From NCBI GenBank assembly GCA_044892505.1, contig CM097882.1, positions 309,132,001 to 309,196,000 of the forward strand: a stretch of DNA of 64,000 nt, given 5' to 3'. A program made the position numbers and the translations under genes. Below are positions 11,362-23,023 of the stretch, piece by piece (within the stretch, counting starts at the first letter, position 1; every line of letters begins with the position of its first letter). This DNA comes from Schmidtea nova (lineage: Eukaryota). The notes under the pieces are model-generated. The model was not told where the DNA came from. It did no database searches and saw only the letters and a program-made list of their open reading frames with translations.

Positions 11362-12986
11362 GACGATGGTATCGATGTCTTGGATAGAAATGGAATTTGA
11401 ATACCCTTTACCTCGATACAGTCTTCTGCCGGTTTCATTATTACTCCCAGTTCTTTCATGCATCTGAGTCCGATATACGCATGTGGGAATACCCCGTTCA
11501 TTATTTCGAATTTGTGTTTGGTCGTCCTTGGACCCAAACTCAGTGACAATACTAATTGTCCTCGGCTTTTTCCTTTACTTCCATCTGCGTACGCTACTCT
11601 AACGTTTGAATCCCTGACTTCTATTGTCGAATCTCGTTGTATTATTTTCTCTGCCAGTTCCTCACTAATGACATTCAGATCTGCTCCCGTATCGAATAGT
11701 GCTTTAACTTCTTCTCCTTGGATTTTGCAACAAATGGTTGGCTTGTTGGTTGCCCTTTCCGATCGTCTTTGCGATATTACTGTTGTGGCTTTTTTTATAT
11801 ATTTTTCCTTTGGTTTGTCGCCATTACCTCCGATAAACTGTGCCCACTTCTCTTCCATTGTTAGCTTACTTTTCTTTGTCTTTTTTTCTTTTTGTGTAAT
11901 CGCTTTCATAATTCGTTCTGATGGGTCATCTTCTTCGTATTCGCTATCTGAACTTGTCCCTTGTACGGATACTTCTTCTAATTGTCGTACTCTTCTATAA
12001 TCGTCCCTCTTGTTTGGGCATTCTCTACTTATATGACCCTTTCTATTACAATTAAAACATGTTACTTTTTCTCGATACTCTCGGCAATTGCTCGATATAT
12101 GTCCTGTTTTCTTGCATCGGAAGCATCTTTCGTTCTTCTTTTCTTCGCAGAAACGTGCAATATGACCGGTTTTGCCGCAATTGTAACATTCCACTTGTTG
12201 TCCATTGTGGAATTCTTTTCTACTTCTATCTTGGTTATTCGGTTCTTTTAAACTTTTTATAATTTCCTGAAGTCTCTTAATCTCTTCTCTTAATTCTTGT
12301 AACTCCAATGTGGCATTTTTATCTACCCGCATTTGCCTAGAATTGTTGTTTCCTTTCGCTTGATTAATTCCTTTCCCGTCTCTCCATGCATTATAGCTCT
12401 CTTCTCGTAGTTGTGATAATCTGTATTCTGGGATTATTTCTTTCTGGTCATCTTCTTCCTTTATTAGTTCGACAGCTTCTTCTATGGTTTTGGGCCGCAA
12501 TATTTTCAATGTCTTTCTCATGATTTCACTTTTTAAACCTTCTCTAAAGATCATTAATTCTATTCTGTTTCGATCTTCTTTTGTGTCTTTCGTCGTTCTT
12601 TTTACCCGTCTACTGAAATCTACTATCGTCTCTCCTTCGTCCTGTTTGGTCGATAGAAAAATTCTAACCTTCTTGGCTCTTGACTCCTTTATTGGGAACA
12701 TTTCTGTTAATGTTTTTGTGTACCACTCTACTGTGTTGTTTTCTTCTCCATACGTACTTTTTGATTCCACCTCGAATAAGATTTCTGGATCAAAATATCT
12801 TCTTAATAATCGGACTTTGTATGCCTCTTCCATCTCAAACATCGCCAAAAAGGATGTTATATTCTCCAGATGTGTCCTCACATCCCTTTTACACTTCCTT
12901 GTGTATAGATATAGGGATCCCTCTATCTCTTGTGCCAATAAATTTTTGACAAAAGAATTGTCAAACGTAACTGCTCGTGACGCCAT
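11349..12986 (-). CDS. gag: Gypsy gag-protease ORF (545 aa)
   Basis: Three CCHC knuckles (CYNCGKTGHIARFC, CFRCKKTGHISSNC, CFNCNRKGHISREC) followed in frame by aspartic protease LFDTGAD. Confidence 0.93.
   Translation of the reverse strand: MASRAVTFDNSFVKNLLAQEIEGSLYLYTRKCKRDVRTHLENITSFLAMFEMEEAYKVRLLRRYFDPEILFEVESKSTYGEENNTVEWYTKTLTEMFPIKESRAKKVRIFLSTKQDEGETIVDFSRRVKRTTKDTKEDRNRIELMIFREGLKSEIMRKTLKILRPKTIEEAVELIKEEDDQKEIIPEYRLSQLREESYNAWRDGKGINQAKGNNNSRQMRVDKNATLELQELREEIKRLQEIIKSLKEPNNQDRSRKEFHNGQQVECYNCGKTGHIARFCEEKKNERCFRCKKTGHISSNCREYREKVTCFNCNRKGHISRECPNKRDDYRRVRQLEEVSVQGTSSDSEYEEDDPSERIMKAITQKEKKTKKSKLTMEEKWAQFIGGNGDKPKEKYIKKATTVISQRRSERATNKPTICCKIQGEEVKALFDTGADLNVISEELAEKIIQRDSTIEVRDSNVRVAYADGSKGKSRGQLVLSLSLGPRTTKHKFEIMNGVFPHAYIGLRCMKELGVIMKPAEDCIEVKGIQIPFLSKTSIPSSLNC
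12971..12985 (-). promoter_or_regulatory. Primer binding site TGGCGTCACGAGCAG (probably tRNA-Ser)
   Basis: Immediately follows the 5' LTR end; resembles the complement of tRNA-Ser(CGA) 3' ends (from memory). Confidence 0.8.
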
Positions 12987-13171
12987 GTTATATCTCTAAA
13001 TGAATTAACTTATTTATATAAATAAATTACCACGATTCGGAAATAATAATTCTAATAATAAATCAATAAATTACAATATTCAAAAATCTCTATTTTACAA
13101 CACAATATTCAAACAATATTCTAATAATTATAATATTAAACGAATTTGTAATATTATTAATTCACATATAA

Positions 13172-13173
<2 letters not shown>

Positions 13174-13241
<68 letters not shown>

Positions 13242-13351
13242 TCTTTAATTATAAAAGTAATTCAATAATAATAATAAAAGTAATATTATATTAAAAGTAA
13301 TAATAATAATAATATTATAAAAATAATAATAATTGATATACCAGTAATATT

Positions 13352-13410
<59 letters not shown>
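13174..13410. repeat. (TTA)n and (TA)n microsatellites
   Basis: Direct inspection; further (TA)n tracts at ~18014-18090, 18824-18882 and 41272-41303. Confidence 0.95.
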
Positions 13411-13421
<11 letters not shown>

Positions 13422-13466
13422 TTGATAATAATAATATTGATAGTTTTTATTTTAATAATGATATGT

Positions 13467-16255
13467 CAGGTGCGTAGCCAGGGGGTGCAAGGGTACATTT
13501 GCACCCTTGCTTTCCAGACGAAATGATTGAAATCGCTAGGGTTTTGGCAAAACTCTCCTTTAATAAGACATTTAATTGAGCTAAGAAACTTCTGAAATTT
13601 TTGAGGTTGATGATTGTCCTAACGGATTTCACCTATTCAAATTTTCAAAGTTCATTAAAGGCCTCATAATTGTACAATATTAAGCTAGTGTTCGATTAAA
13701 TTAGTCTCATATTTCGTCATTGTTTAGCAAACAGTAACTATATTTTCTGTCTTCACTTGTATTGAATATTTAATTAGTTAATTGATTTAAAGCTATGAAG
13801 AGACATCATCAAAGTTCGCTTTCCAGTTTTTTCGCTAAGACACCAAAAGTTGTTACAGAGAAAAACGATTCTGAACATAACGTCGAGTTACCGGTGGCTG
13901 ACAAAGAGGAAGAAAATGAACAGAACGAGGAACGCAGTGCTTGTCAAAACCCAGATGATGATAGAGTCTTATTGGCGATCTCAATTAAATGACAACGAAA
14001 AAATAGATGCTTTGTGCAAGCTTAAAAATCCTCCACCTCACTTCAGTTTCCCAACAGTAATGATAAGTTCAACGAAGCGGAAATTTAGTTACCACTGGTT
14101 GGGCGAGTTTGATTGGCTGATTTACTCGGTTGCAGGAGGTGAACTTTACTGCAAATTTTGCTTTTTCTTTGCGATCGGAGATCAAGTTGGATCACTGCTT
14201 GTCATAACACCTTTCAAGAATTACCAAAAGTGCCGGGAAACTTTCACTGACCATGCAAAAGCGCTGTACCATTTACGATCAGTTGAAACAGCAAAGACTC
14301 TTCATGTTATCAACAAAAATCCTGAAATAACCATTGAAAGACTGTTGACGAGGCAGAAAGAACTTGAACGAAAGCAGAATTTTGTTCTTTTAAAAGGAAT
14401 TTTTGACACCATCAATTATCTCTCTCGACAGTCGTTACCGTTCCGAGAACACAGAGATTCTGGTGGGATCTTCAATGACCAAAGAGGCATCAACGACGGA
14501 AACTTTAGAAATCTGATTAGACTTCTTGTTTCGAGGAACGAGTTTTTCCGGAATGCATTAGAAAGTTCGCCGTAAAATGCTACCTACTTAAGTAGTACAA
14601 TGCAGAACGAAATAATCGTCATGACGAATGAGATTGCGTTGACGAAGCTTCCTGCTGACGAGTCATCGGATGTTTCCGGAATTGAACAAATGTCGATTGG
14701 ACTCCGTTTCATCGACATTGATGACGGAAATTTTGTTGAAGCGTTTTTAATGCTCACAGATTTGGACGATGTCACTGCCAAATGACTTACTGACTCATTG
14801 TTAAGCGGAGCAAAAACGATGAAGCTACGAATAGAAAAGTGTCGAGGAATTGGCCTAGATGGAGCAAGAGTGATGAGTGGAGAAAAATCAGGCGTTTCGG
14901 CAATAGTTCGCCCTCAATTTCCTTTAGTTACTTACGTACATTTCTTCAGTCATCGATTGAACTTGGTCATTGGAGAAAGCTGCAAAGTAAAGCAGATAAC
15001 TCTGTGTCTTAGCACAATTAAAAATATCTACAACTTCTTAAAATCACCGACAAAAAACAAGTTGAATTTGGCAAATCTATCGAGAAAACAACACCGGAAA
15101 CTGCTAGGAGAAAGCTAAAGAACACTTTCAAAACGCGCTGGGTTGAACGTCACGAAGCAGTCAACACTTTCTTCGAACTTCTCGAGCCAACAATTGACGT
15201 TTTGAGTGTAATTGCAGAATGGAGTAACAACGAAGATGCTGTGAAAGCTCAAAGCCTCCTCAACACAGTGTCGACTTTGGACTTCATTGTCTCTCTCGTC
15301 ACTTTAAAATTCGTGTTCACTTTTACCCTTCCGTTAAGTCGGCTTCTGCAATCGCCTTCAATAGATAAAAGCACTGCTATTTCATCAGCCAATGATCTCA
15401 TCGAAAAGCTTGAAACGGTTAGGCAGAACAGTAAAGAAAACTTTGAAACCTTATTCAAAGAAGCATTTGACGTTGCTTCTTGCTTTGAAATTGAAATTTC
15501 ATTGCCGAAAAATAGAGGAAGGCCAAGATTGGATGGAATGAACCAGCAGCCTGTAGAATTTTATTTAAGTTTCCTGTTCATCCCACGGTTGAATTCAATT
15601 AGTCGAGAACTCAAAGAAAAATTTCGAGAAAACGCAGTGCTAGCAAATTTCAAAAATCTTATGTTCAACCCTGAGTGGCTGTTAAGCGGCGAAGTTCAGA
15701 ATAGTCTTCAGCATCTTTACCATTTCTAAACAGAAGATTTGAACGGATCACTGCAGATGTTTTTCGGTGAAGTTGAGATGTGGCAGAAAAGACTGGGAAA
15801 TGCTACTGTAAAACCACAAACTGCGATGGACCACCTAAAAACATGCCCTCAAGATATGTTTCCTAACGGGTTCCAATTACTGAAAATATAAAATGTGATT
15901 ACTGTAACAACCGCTGATGTCGAACGCTCTTTCAGCAAAATGAAACAACTTAAAACGGACGACAGAAACACGACAGGAAAGGAAAGACTCAGTGGACTAA
16001 TGCTTCTGAGCATTCATCGTGATACCGAAGTTTTGTTTGAAGAATTTATATACGAGTTCCGCAAAGGAAAACGTCGACTTGATGTGTGAATTCCTTAGAT
16101 CAAGAATAAATGTTATTGCTGAGTTTAGAGATACATAAGAAATTTATTTGAAATTGCTAGGGTTTTGAAGGCAAAAATTTTTAAAGAATTCCTAGGGTTT
16201 TTCGGATGAAAAAACATTTTGCACCCCCCCTCCGAAATTTCTGGCTACGCCACTG
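13467..16255 (+). mobile_element. hAT DNA transposon with disrupted ZMYM1/THAP12-like transposase
   Basis: TIRs CAGGTGCGTAGCCAG / CAGTGGCGTAGCCAG; degenerate 8-bp TSD (tgatatgt vs atatatgt). ORF pieces 13795-16089 contain TTF-type Zn finger, RGH..GNF, ADESSD, TRWVERH and hAT dimerisation (TTADVERSFS) motifs, with several stops. Confidence 0.92.
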
Positions 16256-17212
16256 ATATATGTACAATAATGATANNNNNNNNNNNNNNNNNNNNNNNNN
16301 NNNNNNNNNNNNNNNNNNNNNNNNNNNNNNNNNNNNNNNNNNNNNNNNNNNNNNNNNNNNNNNNNNNNNNNNNNNNNNNNNNNNNNNNNNNNNNNNNNNN
16401 NNNNNNNNNNNNNNNNNNNNNNNNNNNNNNNNNNNNNNNNNNNNNNNNNNNNNNNNNNNNNNNNNNNNNNNNNNNNNNNNNNNNNNNNNNNNNNGTTAAT
16501 AATGATATATGTACAATTATGATAATAATAGTTATATTGATTATAGTTATAATATTGACATTGTATATAATAATATTATTTATATATGTACAATAATAAT
16601 AAAAATAATTTTTATGATAAATTTAAGATAATAATAAATCGTGAAAACTGATTAGCTTATTACATTATAGTTTAATCTGTTAAATTAGTTTAAACTATTA
16701 TATAACAGGGTAAACATTTATTCATAATTTATTTTTCATACTTGGTTTAATTTGCGTTTGTTATTTTATTTAAATAGGTTGCAACTGTCTTTTGTACTGT
16801 AATAGTACTTTACGTAATAATTGTCATATCATTATGGGAAAGTAATATTCATATAAATATAATAGTGTCACCGTTTTTATCTGCCTCACATGTAAGTTAA
16901 AAGAATCCTGTCATATACTGAGTTTTATAATAAACATTTTTATCATTTAACTCAGTATAGTGAATATAATAAATATATTTTTACTAATAATAAAAACAAT
17001 AATAACATAAGTCACAATAATAATATCATTAATCACAATAATATTTACAATAATAATAATAATGCAATAAACAAAAAATAAGTGATGAGATTTCAATACA
17101 TTCTAAATTATTTAAAAAAGAAATCATCGCCGTTTCCGATGATGAAGATGAAAATATAACTATAATTCTAAACACTTCTAAATTAAATGAAACACCTTTA
17201 AATAATTTTACA

Positions 17213-17300
17213 AGTAAGTAGAAGTGTGGAGCCGGGAACAAAGACACGATGACTCGCACAAAGATATACCCCGGGGGTATTTTGTGGGGACAGGGGAGGG
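17213..17300. repeat. Isolated family-B Maverick terminus
   Basis: AGTAAGTAGAAGTGTGG...GAACAAAGACA matches the termini at 2010 and 41899; no partner end or TSD found. Confidence 0.55.
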
Positions 17301-18010
17301 TTAATTTTTTTAAATTTCTTTTAAAATTTCTTTAATCTTTTTTTCAAATTTTTTTATGACTCTTCGATGGCTTACTGATGAATCATTTCAAATTTGAATT
17401 TTATGATTTCATTGATGATTCATTTCAAATTTGAATAAAATAAAAGAAATAAAAATTCAAAGTGCAAAGGTCAACTGTGGTATCATTCGAAAGGTCTTGG
17501 TGAGATACGCGCAATGGTCTTGTCAAAAATTTCACTAAACTGTTACATGATGATAAGTATATTGAAAATGAGGTAACAGTATATTTGTTATTAGAAATAT
17601 GTTCGAGTATGAAGCTTGACAGATATAAACCATCACAAAATAGGTTCTACTAATAAGATCTGCTAGCCAAGTTCTGCTAGAAAGTCTCTGTCACTATGAT
17701 AAATATGAATATCATCACATTAGACTGAGCAAGATAATGAATGAAAAAGTTATCAAAATATATTATAATTACATCATACACCCACAAAGGATATCGTGAC
17801 ATTTATGAAATATCATCACACTATAATGCAAAATACACACAATTACATACAAAATATCATCACATACATGAAATTTCATATCAAAATATTAAAATTACAT
17901 AAGGTTTTATCACACACAAACTAGAAATACAGACAATAATAATCATAAAAAGGAATATTTACATGCAATAGTATAATAACATTAAAACTATGCAGAAATA
18001 CGCACAAAAT

Positions 18011-18093
<83 letters not shown>

Positions 18094-18338
18094 TCATTAT
18101 ACAACGCAAAATATCATCACAGATATTATCATAAAATATTAAAAATATACAAAAGTTTATCGTACACACACTAGAAATACAGACAATAATAATCATTAAA
18201 AAAAAAATATTGAGTCATTGATGCGTCATAAAAAATGTTTAAGAAAAATAAAAAAAGATAACAAAAGATAACAAAAGATTTTGAAAAAAAATAATTAAAA
18301 AATGATATTAAGAAAATTGGAAAAAATTTGGAAAAAAT

Positions 18339-18820
18339 TTGGAAAAAATAGATTTAAAAAATCAACAAACCTATAGAGCTGATCCAAGACATGGAAATTT
18401 ATCGGGGGGGCTTGCCTTTGTAAATAAGCATCCCGTTAAATCCAGTGGTGATACACAGTTGTTGTGTATTGACATCAACAACATGTATGGGTGGGCTTTT
18501 TTGTCAAAAGCTCCCAGAGGGTAATTTCAAATGGGTCACAAATGACAACTTATTAAGCGATATAATATAATAATGTACAACGATAGATTTACATCTAATT
18601 ACATATGGCTATTCCATAGAAGTAGAATTAAAGATACCGACAAAATTCTGGATTATTTTCCAGTTGCCACTGAAAAAATGTGCGTGCCACAATCAAAGGT
18701 GGAGAAGCTGTTGCTCACGCACAATCCCAAGAAGAGCTGAATTCTTCATTGGAGGGTTCTCCAGCTATTTATTAATATAGGGGTTAAAATTACAAAGGTA
18801 CATCGTGCAATTAAATTTTA

Positions 18821-18891
<71 letters not shown>

Positions 18892-21800
18892 TCGAGACGA
18901 ACACACAATCAAGGACTTCAGCCACTAATAAACTCGATAGAAATTATTTTAAATTTCTAAATAACAGTTTATATTGGAAAACTGTAGAAAATCTGAAAAA
19001 ACACATTATTCTTAATTTTTTACATATTGCTCTAAACCGACTTTTTGGAAGAGTACTAAAATCGATAATAATTTAATTTTCGTTTTATTGAGAAAGAAAG
19101 GGGTTTGTTTAGATAGACCTAGTTACATAGGTCAAACTTTGCTAGATCTGCCCAAACTGATCATGTATCAGCTGCAGTATATTGATTTGGAAAAGTATAG
19201 ACATGAATAAATTTGACAAATCAATATTATTGCTGGGAACAGAGGCGGATTTTAACAAATTGAGGCCCTAGGCAAAAATCAATTATTGTGGCCCCTCTAA
19301 GATTTTTTTTAAATAATAAATATTTTTTTTCATGGCTTAGTTTCTAAATTTTGACCAAAGAAAGCCCATTTATAATATTTTTTTTCGTGATTTATTATTT
19401 GCAAAATTATCAATTAAGGAGTCATAGTTAATTTTTTTGACTAGATCGCTTTCAATTGCCATGATAGCTAAGTGATTTAGTTTTTTTGGCCAAGTGACGT
19501 CCTTAGGTAGTTTTTGACCCGCTTAAGAATGCTAAATGATCTCTCACCAGACGCATTTGCAATTGGGATTGTTAAAAAAAATTTTAGGATTATTTCAACG
19601 TTTGGAAATGTTGATGATAAACCTTCCAGAATTGATGCATACATTTCAGGAAGTGTTAATAATTTTTCCAATTTTACAAAATGAAGGAACTGTTCAACCT
19701 CATCTTTGAATACTAATTGATTTATGTCATCTTTATAGTGTTCAGCTAAATTTGATACACACTGAGCAAAGTTTTCTTCAGGCAAATCTAAATCAACAAA
19801 TATTAGAAACTTTTCTAATACCTTGTCATAAACTACAGACCTTCTTTTTATTTCAGAGTTTAAAGTATCGCAAATTGAGTAAAATGTTTCAACTTTGAAT
19901 AGTTCTTTCCCACATAAAATGGTGTCATTATCAGAAGTTTCATCGAATAGTATTTTTCTTTTCCTGTTTCGATTTTTTGCTGTTGAGTATTCTGTACTAC
20001 CAGATAATTCGATTGCTTCTTTTTCCATTTGGTGAAAATATGCATCATTAGTTCGAATACTAAGTATGAATTCTGATAAAGATTTCAATAAATATGTTCC
20101 TTTTTGAAAGTTACATTCTTTGCTTTGTAACGACTTATTGGTGGCATTGATTCTTTGCAATAGCGTATTCCAAAAAATCAATAACAGAGCCGTCTCTAAA
20201 TCTTCAAAACTGCTATGTAATTTTTTCGCCTCAATTTTTGCTATGGGTTTTTCAGATGGGTTAATACAAATTTCACCAAGAACAGCTTTTATGGAAGAAA
20301 CATTCATTCTTACAGTTAATACAGCTTCAGCTCTAGATGACCATCGAGTGTCGCATATTCGTTTTAAACTATGGCTTAATTTTTGATCAGTATTCATTAG
20401 CTGATCCCATCTCTTTGTCGAAGAGGAAAAAAACAAACAAATTTTTAATAAAATCAAAGAATCTAATAGCTTTAGAAGAACATTCTGCTGCTGTATTTCC
20501 AACTACATTTAAAGAATGTCCTGCGCAAGGTACAAATTCAGCATTTTTGCTGTAACATTTAATTTTGGCTTGGAGACCGTTATAAATGCCTAACATGTTC
20601 GCAGCATTATCATATGTTTGTCCCCGGCAATTATTAATGTTCAACTCTAATTCTGACAAGGCGGACAAAATCGTTTTTCCTAAATATGTTGCATCATGAT
20701 GTTCAATCGAAATAAAACATATGAACCTTTCTTGAATTTTTTGATCCAGATCTACGTACCTGATAATAATAGTTAACTGGTCAGTATGGCTTGCATCAGG
20801 CGTGGAATCAACTATAAGAGCAAAATAGTTAGCTTGGTTTATTTCATCAACAATGGATTTTTGTACGGTTTTGCCCATAAGTTCTATAAATTCATCACAC
20901 GTGCTTTTAGATAAATAATTAACATGCCCACTTCCGCAATTACTGTATTTTTTTAAGTGAACCTTTAAGAAGTCATCAAATTCAGCCAAATATTCAATAC
21001 AGCTGAAGAAATTGCCTTTGGAAGAATTATCATGTCCTCTGAACCCTAAACCCAAACTTCCCAAAAGTTTAACTGTAGCAACGACTCGTTTTAATACCTC
21101 TCGCCAATAAATTGACTCTTTTTCTATTACCTGTAAAAGTTTGGAATCGATGCGACCACTTATTTTAGCACGACGAACATAAGCACACATACAACTTTTA
21201 TGTTCTTTCGACTCATCATGTCTTTTCAAAACGTCTACAATATTTTTCCAATCTGAATATCCTGAAACTAGAACATTAGATTTTTTGCTAAATAGTTTAC
21301 AAGCAAAGCAATAAACAGATTTCGTTGTTTCAGAATAAATCAACCATTCTCTTAGCTCTTGGACTCCGTTTATTTTAGTCGTATAAAAATGTACATCATT
21401 TAATTTTCGGTATATTTGTTGATCATTGTTATCTTTATAACATTTTTTAGAAGACTCTAAATCTCACACATTTTTGGGTTTTGTACAGATACAATGTTCA
21501 ATCACATCATTAGTAATTATTTTTGGCCATAAACCAAATTGAGGCCCCGAAAGGTTTTAAACTCTGAAAATTTTAAAACTGTTAAAGTTTAAAATGTAAA
21601 ATGCTACGACTATTGTTTTTTTTAAAAAAAAAAATTATAATTTTTTTTTGTATTTTGGAGGCCCTTATAAATCCGAGGCCCTAGGCAAATGCCTAATCTG
21701 CCTACAGGTAAATACGCCGCTGGCTGGGAACACCGATTCTTTTTGCCTCAAAAATAAAAAATTGTAAATTAGATTGTCTCTTGCCAGCAACGATAAGGAA

Positions 21801-22180
21801 CAATCTATTAGATACTTCTAATTATGATTCGGCTCATTCACCATATTCAAGGAACCTTGACTTGAATTTAAGGATGAAAGTAAAAGCCTTTGATATGATA
21901 AATGGGTATTTTTGAGGCCTAAATGCTACAGCATTAAGGACGTTGATTGTAGTATGAAAGCTTAAGGTGTAACAATCAAAGTTATTGGACTAACACGACA
22001 GTCGTATCTTGATTGTTACTTAAATAATATAATATATACGGTGCCCCAATTTCGCATCACCAGCAAAGATCATCAACTGTTAAGCGTAGAAAATAATAAA
22101 AGGGCATTAACAAATGCTAATGATAAGCGAAATTGTGTTTGGAAATATTAACGTTTGGCGTATGGGTACTATAGAGGGGG
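18339..22180 (+). pseudogene. Decayed Maverick protein-primed DNA polymerase B (C-terminal half), split by a hAT insertion
   Basis: GGLAFVNKH...IDINNMYGW, KFLNNS..GKTVEN, DRPSYIG, IIAGN|TDSF, ALTNANDKR, LAYG match 23024-24430; many frameshifts. Confidence 0.88.
19240..21722 (-). mobile_element. hAT DNA transposon with frameshifted transposase
   Basis: TIRs CAGAGGCGGATTT / CAGCGGCGTATTT; perfect 8-bp TSD GCTGGGAA. ORFs 20387-21343 and 19477-20502 contain FRGH..GNF, DSTPD, CDTRW and NASGERSFS. Confidence 0.95.
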
Positions 22181-22211
22181 TGGCACTATTATATATGACA
22201 ATGATGATGAT

Positions 22212-22711
22212 AGTAGAGTAGGGGGAGCGCCCAAGAACAGGAACAGACCCCCCCTCCCCCCTAAAAAATTTTTTTTTTAACCCCCCCAAAAAAAAATTGT
22301 TTAAATGAAGTGAATTTTTTAAAATTTTTTATTTTGTTTAAATTAAGTGAATTTTTTATTTTTTATTTTGTTTAAATGAAGTGAATTTTTTTTTAATTTT
22401 AATTTTTTGTTTAAATGAAGTCAATTTAATTTATTATTTTNNNNNNNNNNNNNNNNNNNNNNNNNNNNNNNNNNNNNNNNNNNNNNNNNNNNNNNNNNNN
22501 NNNNNNNNNNNNNNNNNNNNNNNNNNNNNNNNNNNNNNNNNNNNNNNNNNNNNNNNNNNNNNNNNNNNNNNNNNNNNNNNNNNNNNNNNNNNNNNNNNNN
22601 NNNNNNNNNNNNNNNNNNNNNNNNNNNNNNNNNNNNNNNNNNNNNNNNNNNNNNNNNNNNNNNNNNNNNNNNNNNNTTAATATTTATTTATTTTTCGGTT
22701 CAGTGGGAAAA
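22212..22711. repeat. Left TIR of the Maverick (partner 37018-37517); contains a G/C-rich tip and a partly masked minisatellite
   Basis: 22212-22440 and 22677-22711 are reverse complements of 37294-37517 and ~37021-37057; mirror N-runs of 236 and 230 nt. Confidence 0.9.
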
Positions 22712-23023
22712 NNNNNNNNNNNNNNNNNNNNNNNNNNNNNNNNNNNNNNNNNNNNNNNNNNNNNNNNNNNNNNNNNNNNNNNNNNNNNNNNNNNNNNNNN
22801 NNNNNNNNNNNNNNNNNNNNNNNNNNNNNNNNNNNNNNNNNNNNNNNNNNNNNNNNNNNNNNNNNNNNNNNNNNNNNNNNNNNNNNNNNNNNNNNNNNNN
22901 NNNNNNNAATAATAAAAACTTAGAAAAAATTTTTAAAATAATAATACTAATATTTCATCACAGTGTAAATAATACAATAAAGTAGAAAATTAATAAAAAC
23001 AAAAAGAAATAAAATACAAATAT

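Larger units (their letters stand above)
7815..13173 (-). mobile_element. Gypsy/Ty3 LTR retrotransposon 1, near intact
   Basis: LTRs at 12986-13173 (188 bp, TGTTATA...TATAACA) and 7815-7982 (start masked; 2 differences in 168 bp). PBS at 12971-12985, PPT at 7983-7992, gag-pro and pol ORFs. Confidence 0.97.

Noticed and set aside
8045-12999. Many plus-strand ORFs over Gypsy 1 (and over Gypsy 2, hATs and Tc1)
   Set aside because: Antisense shadows of real coding frames with no recognisable motifs.
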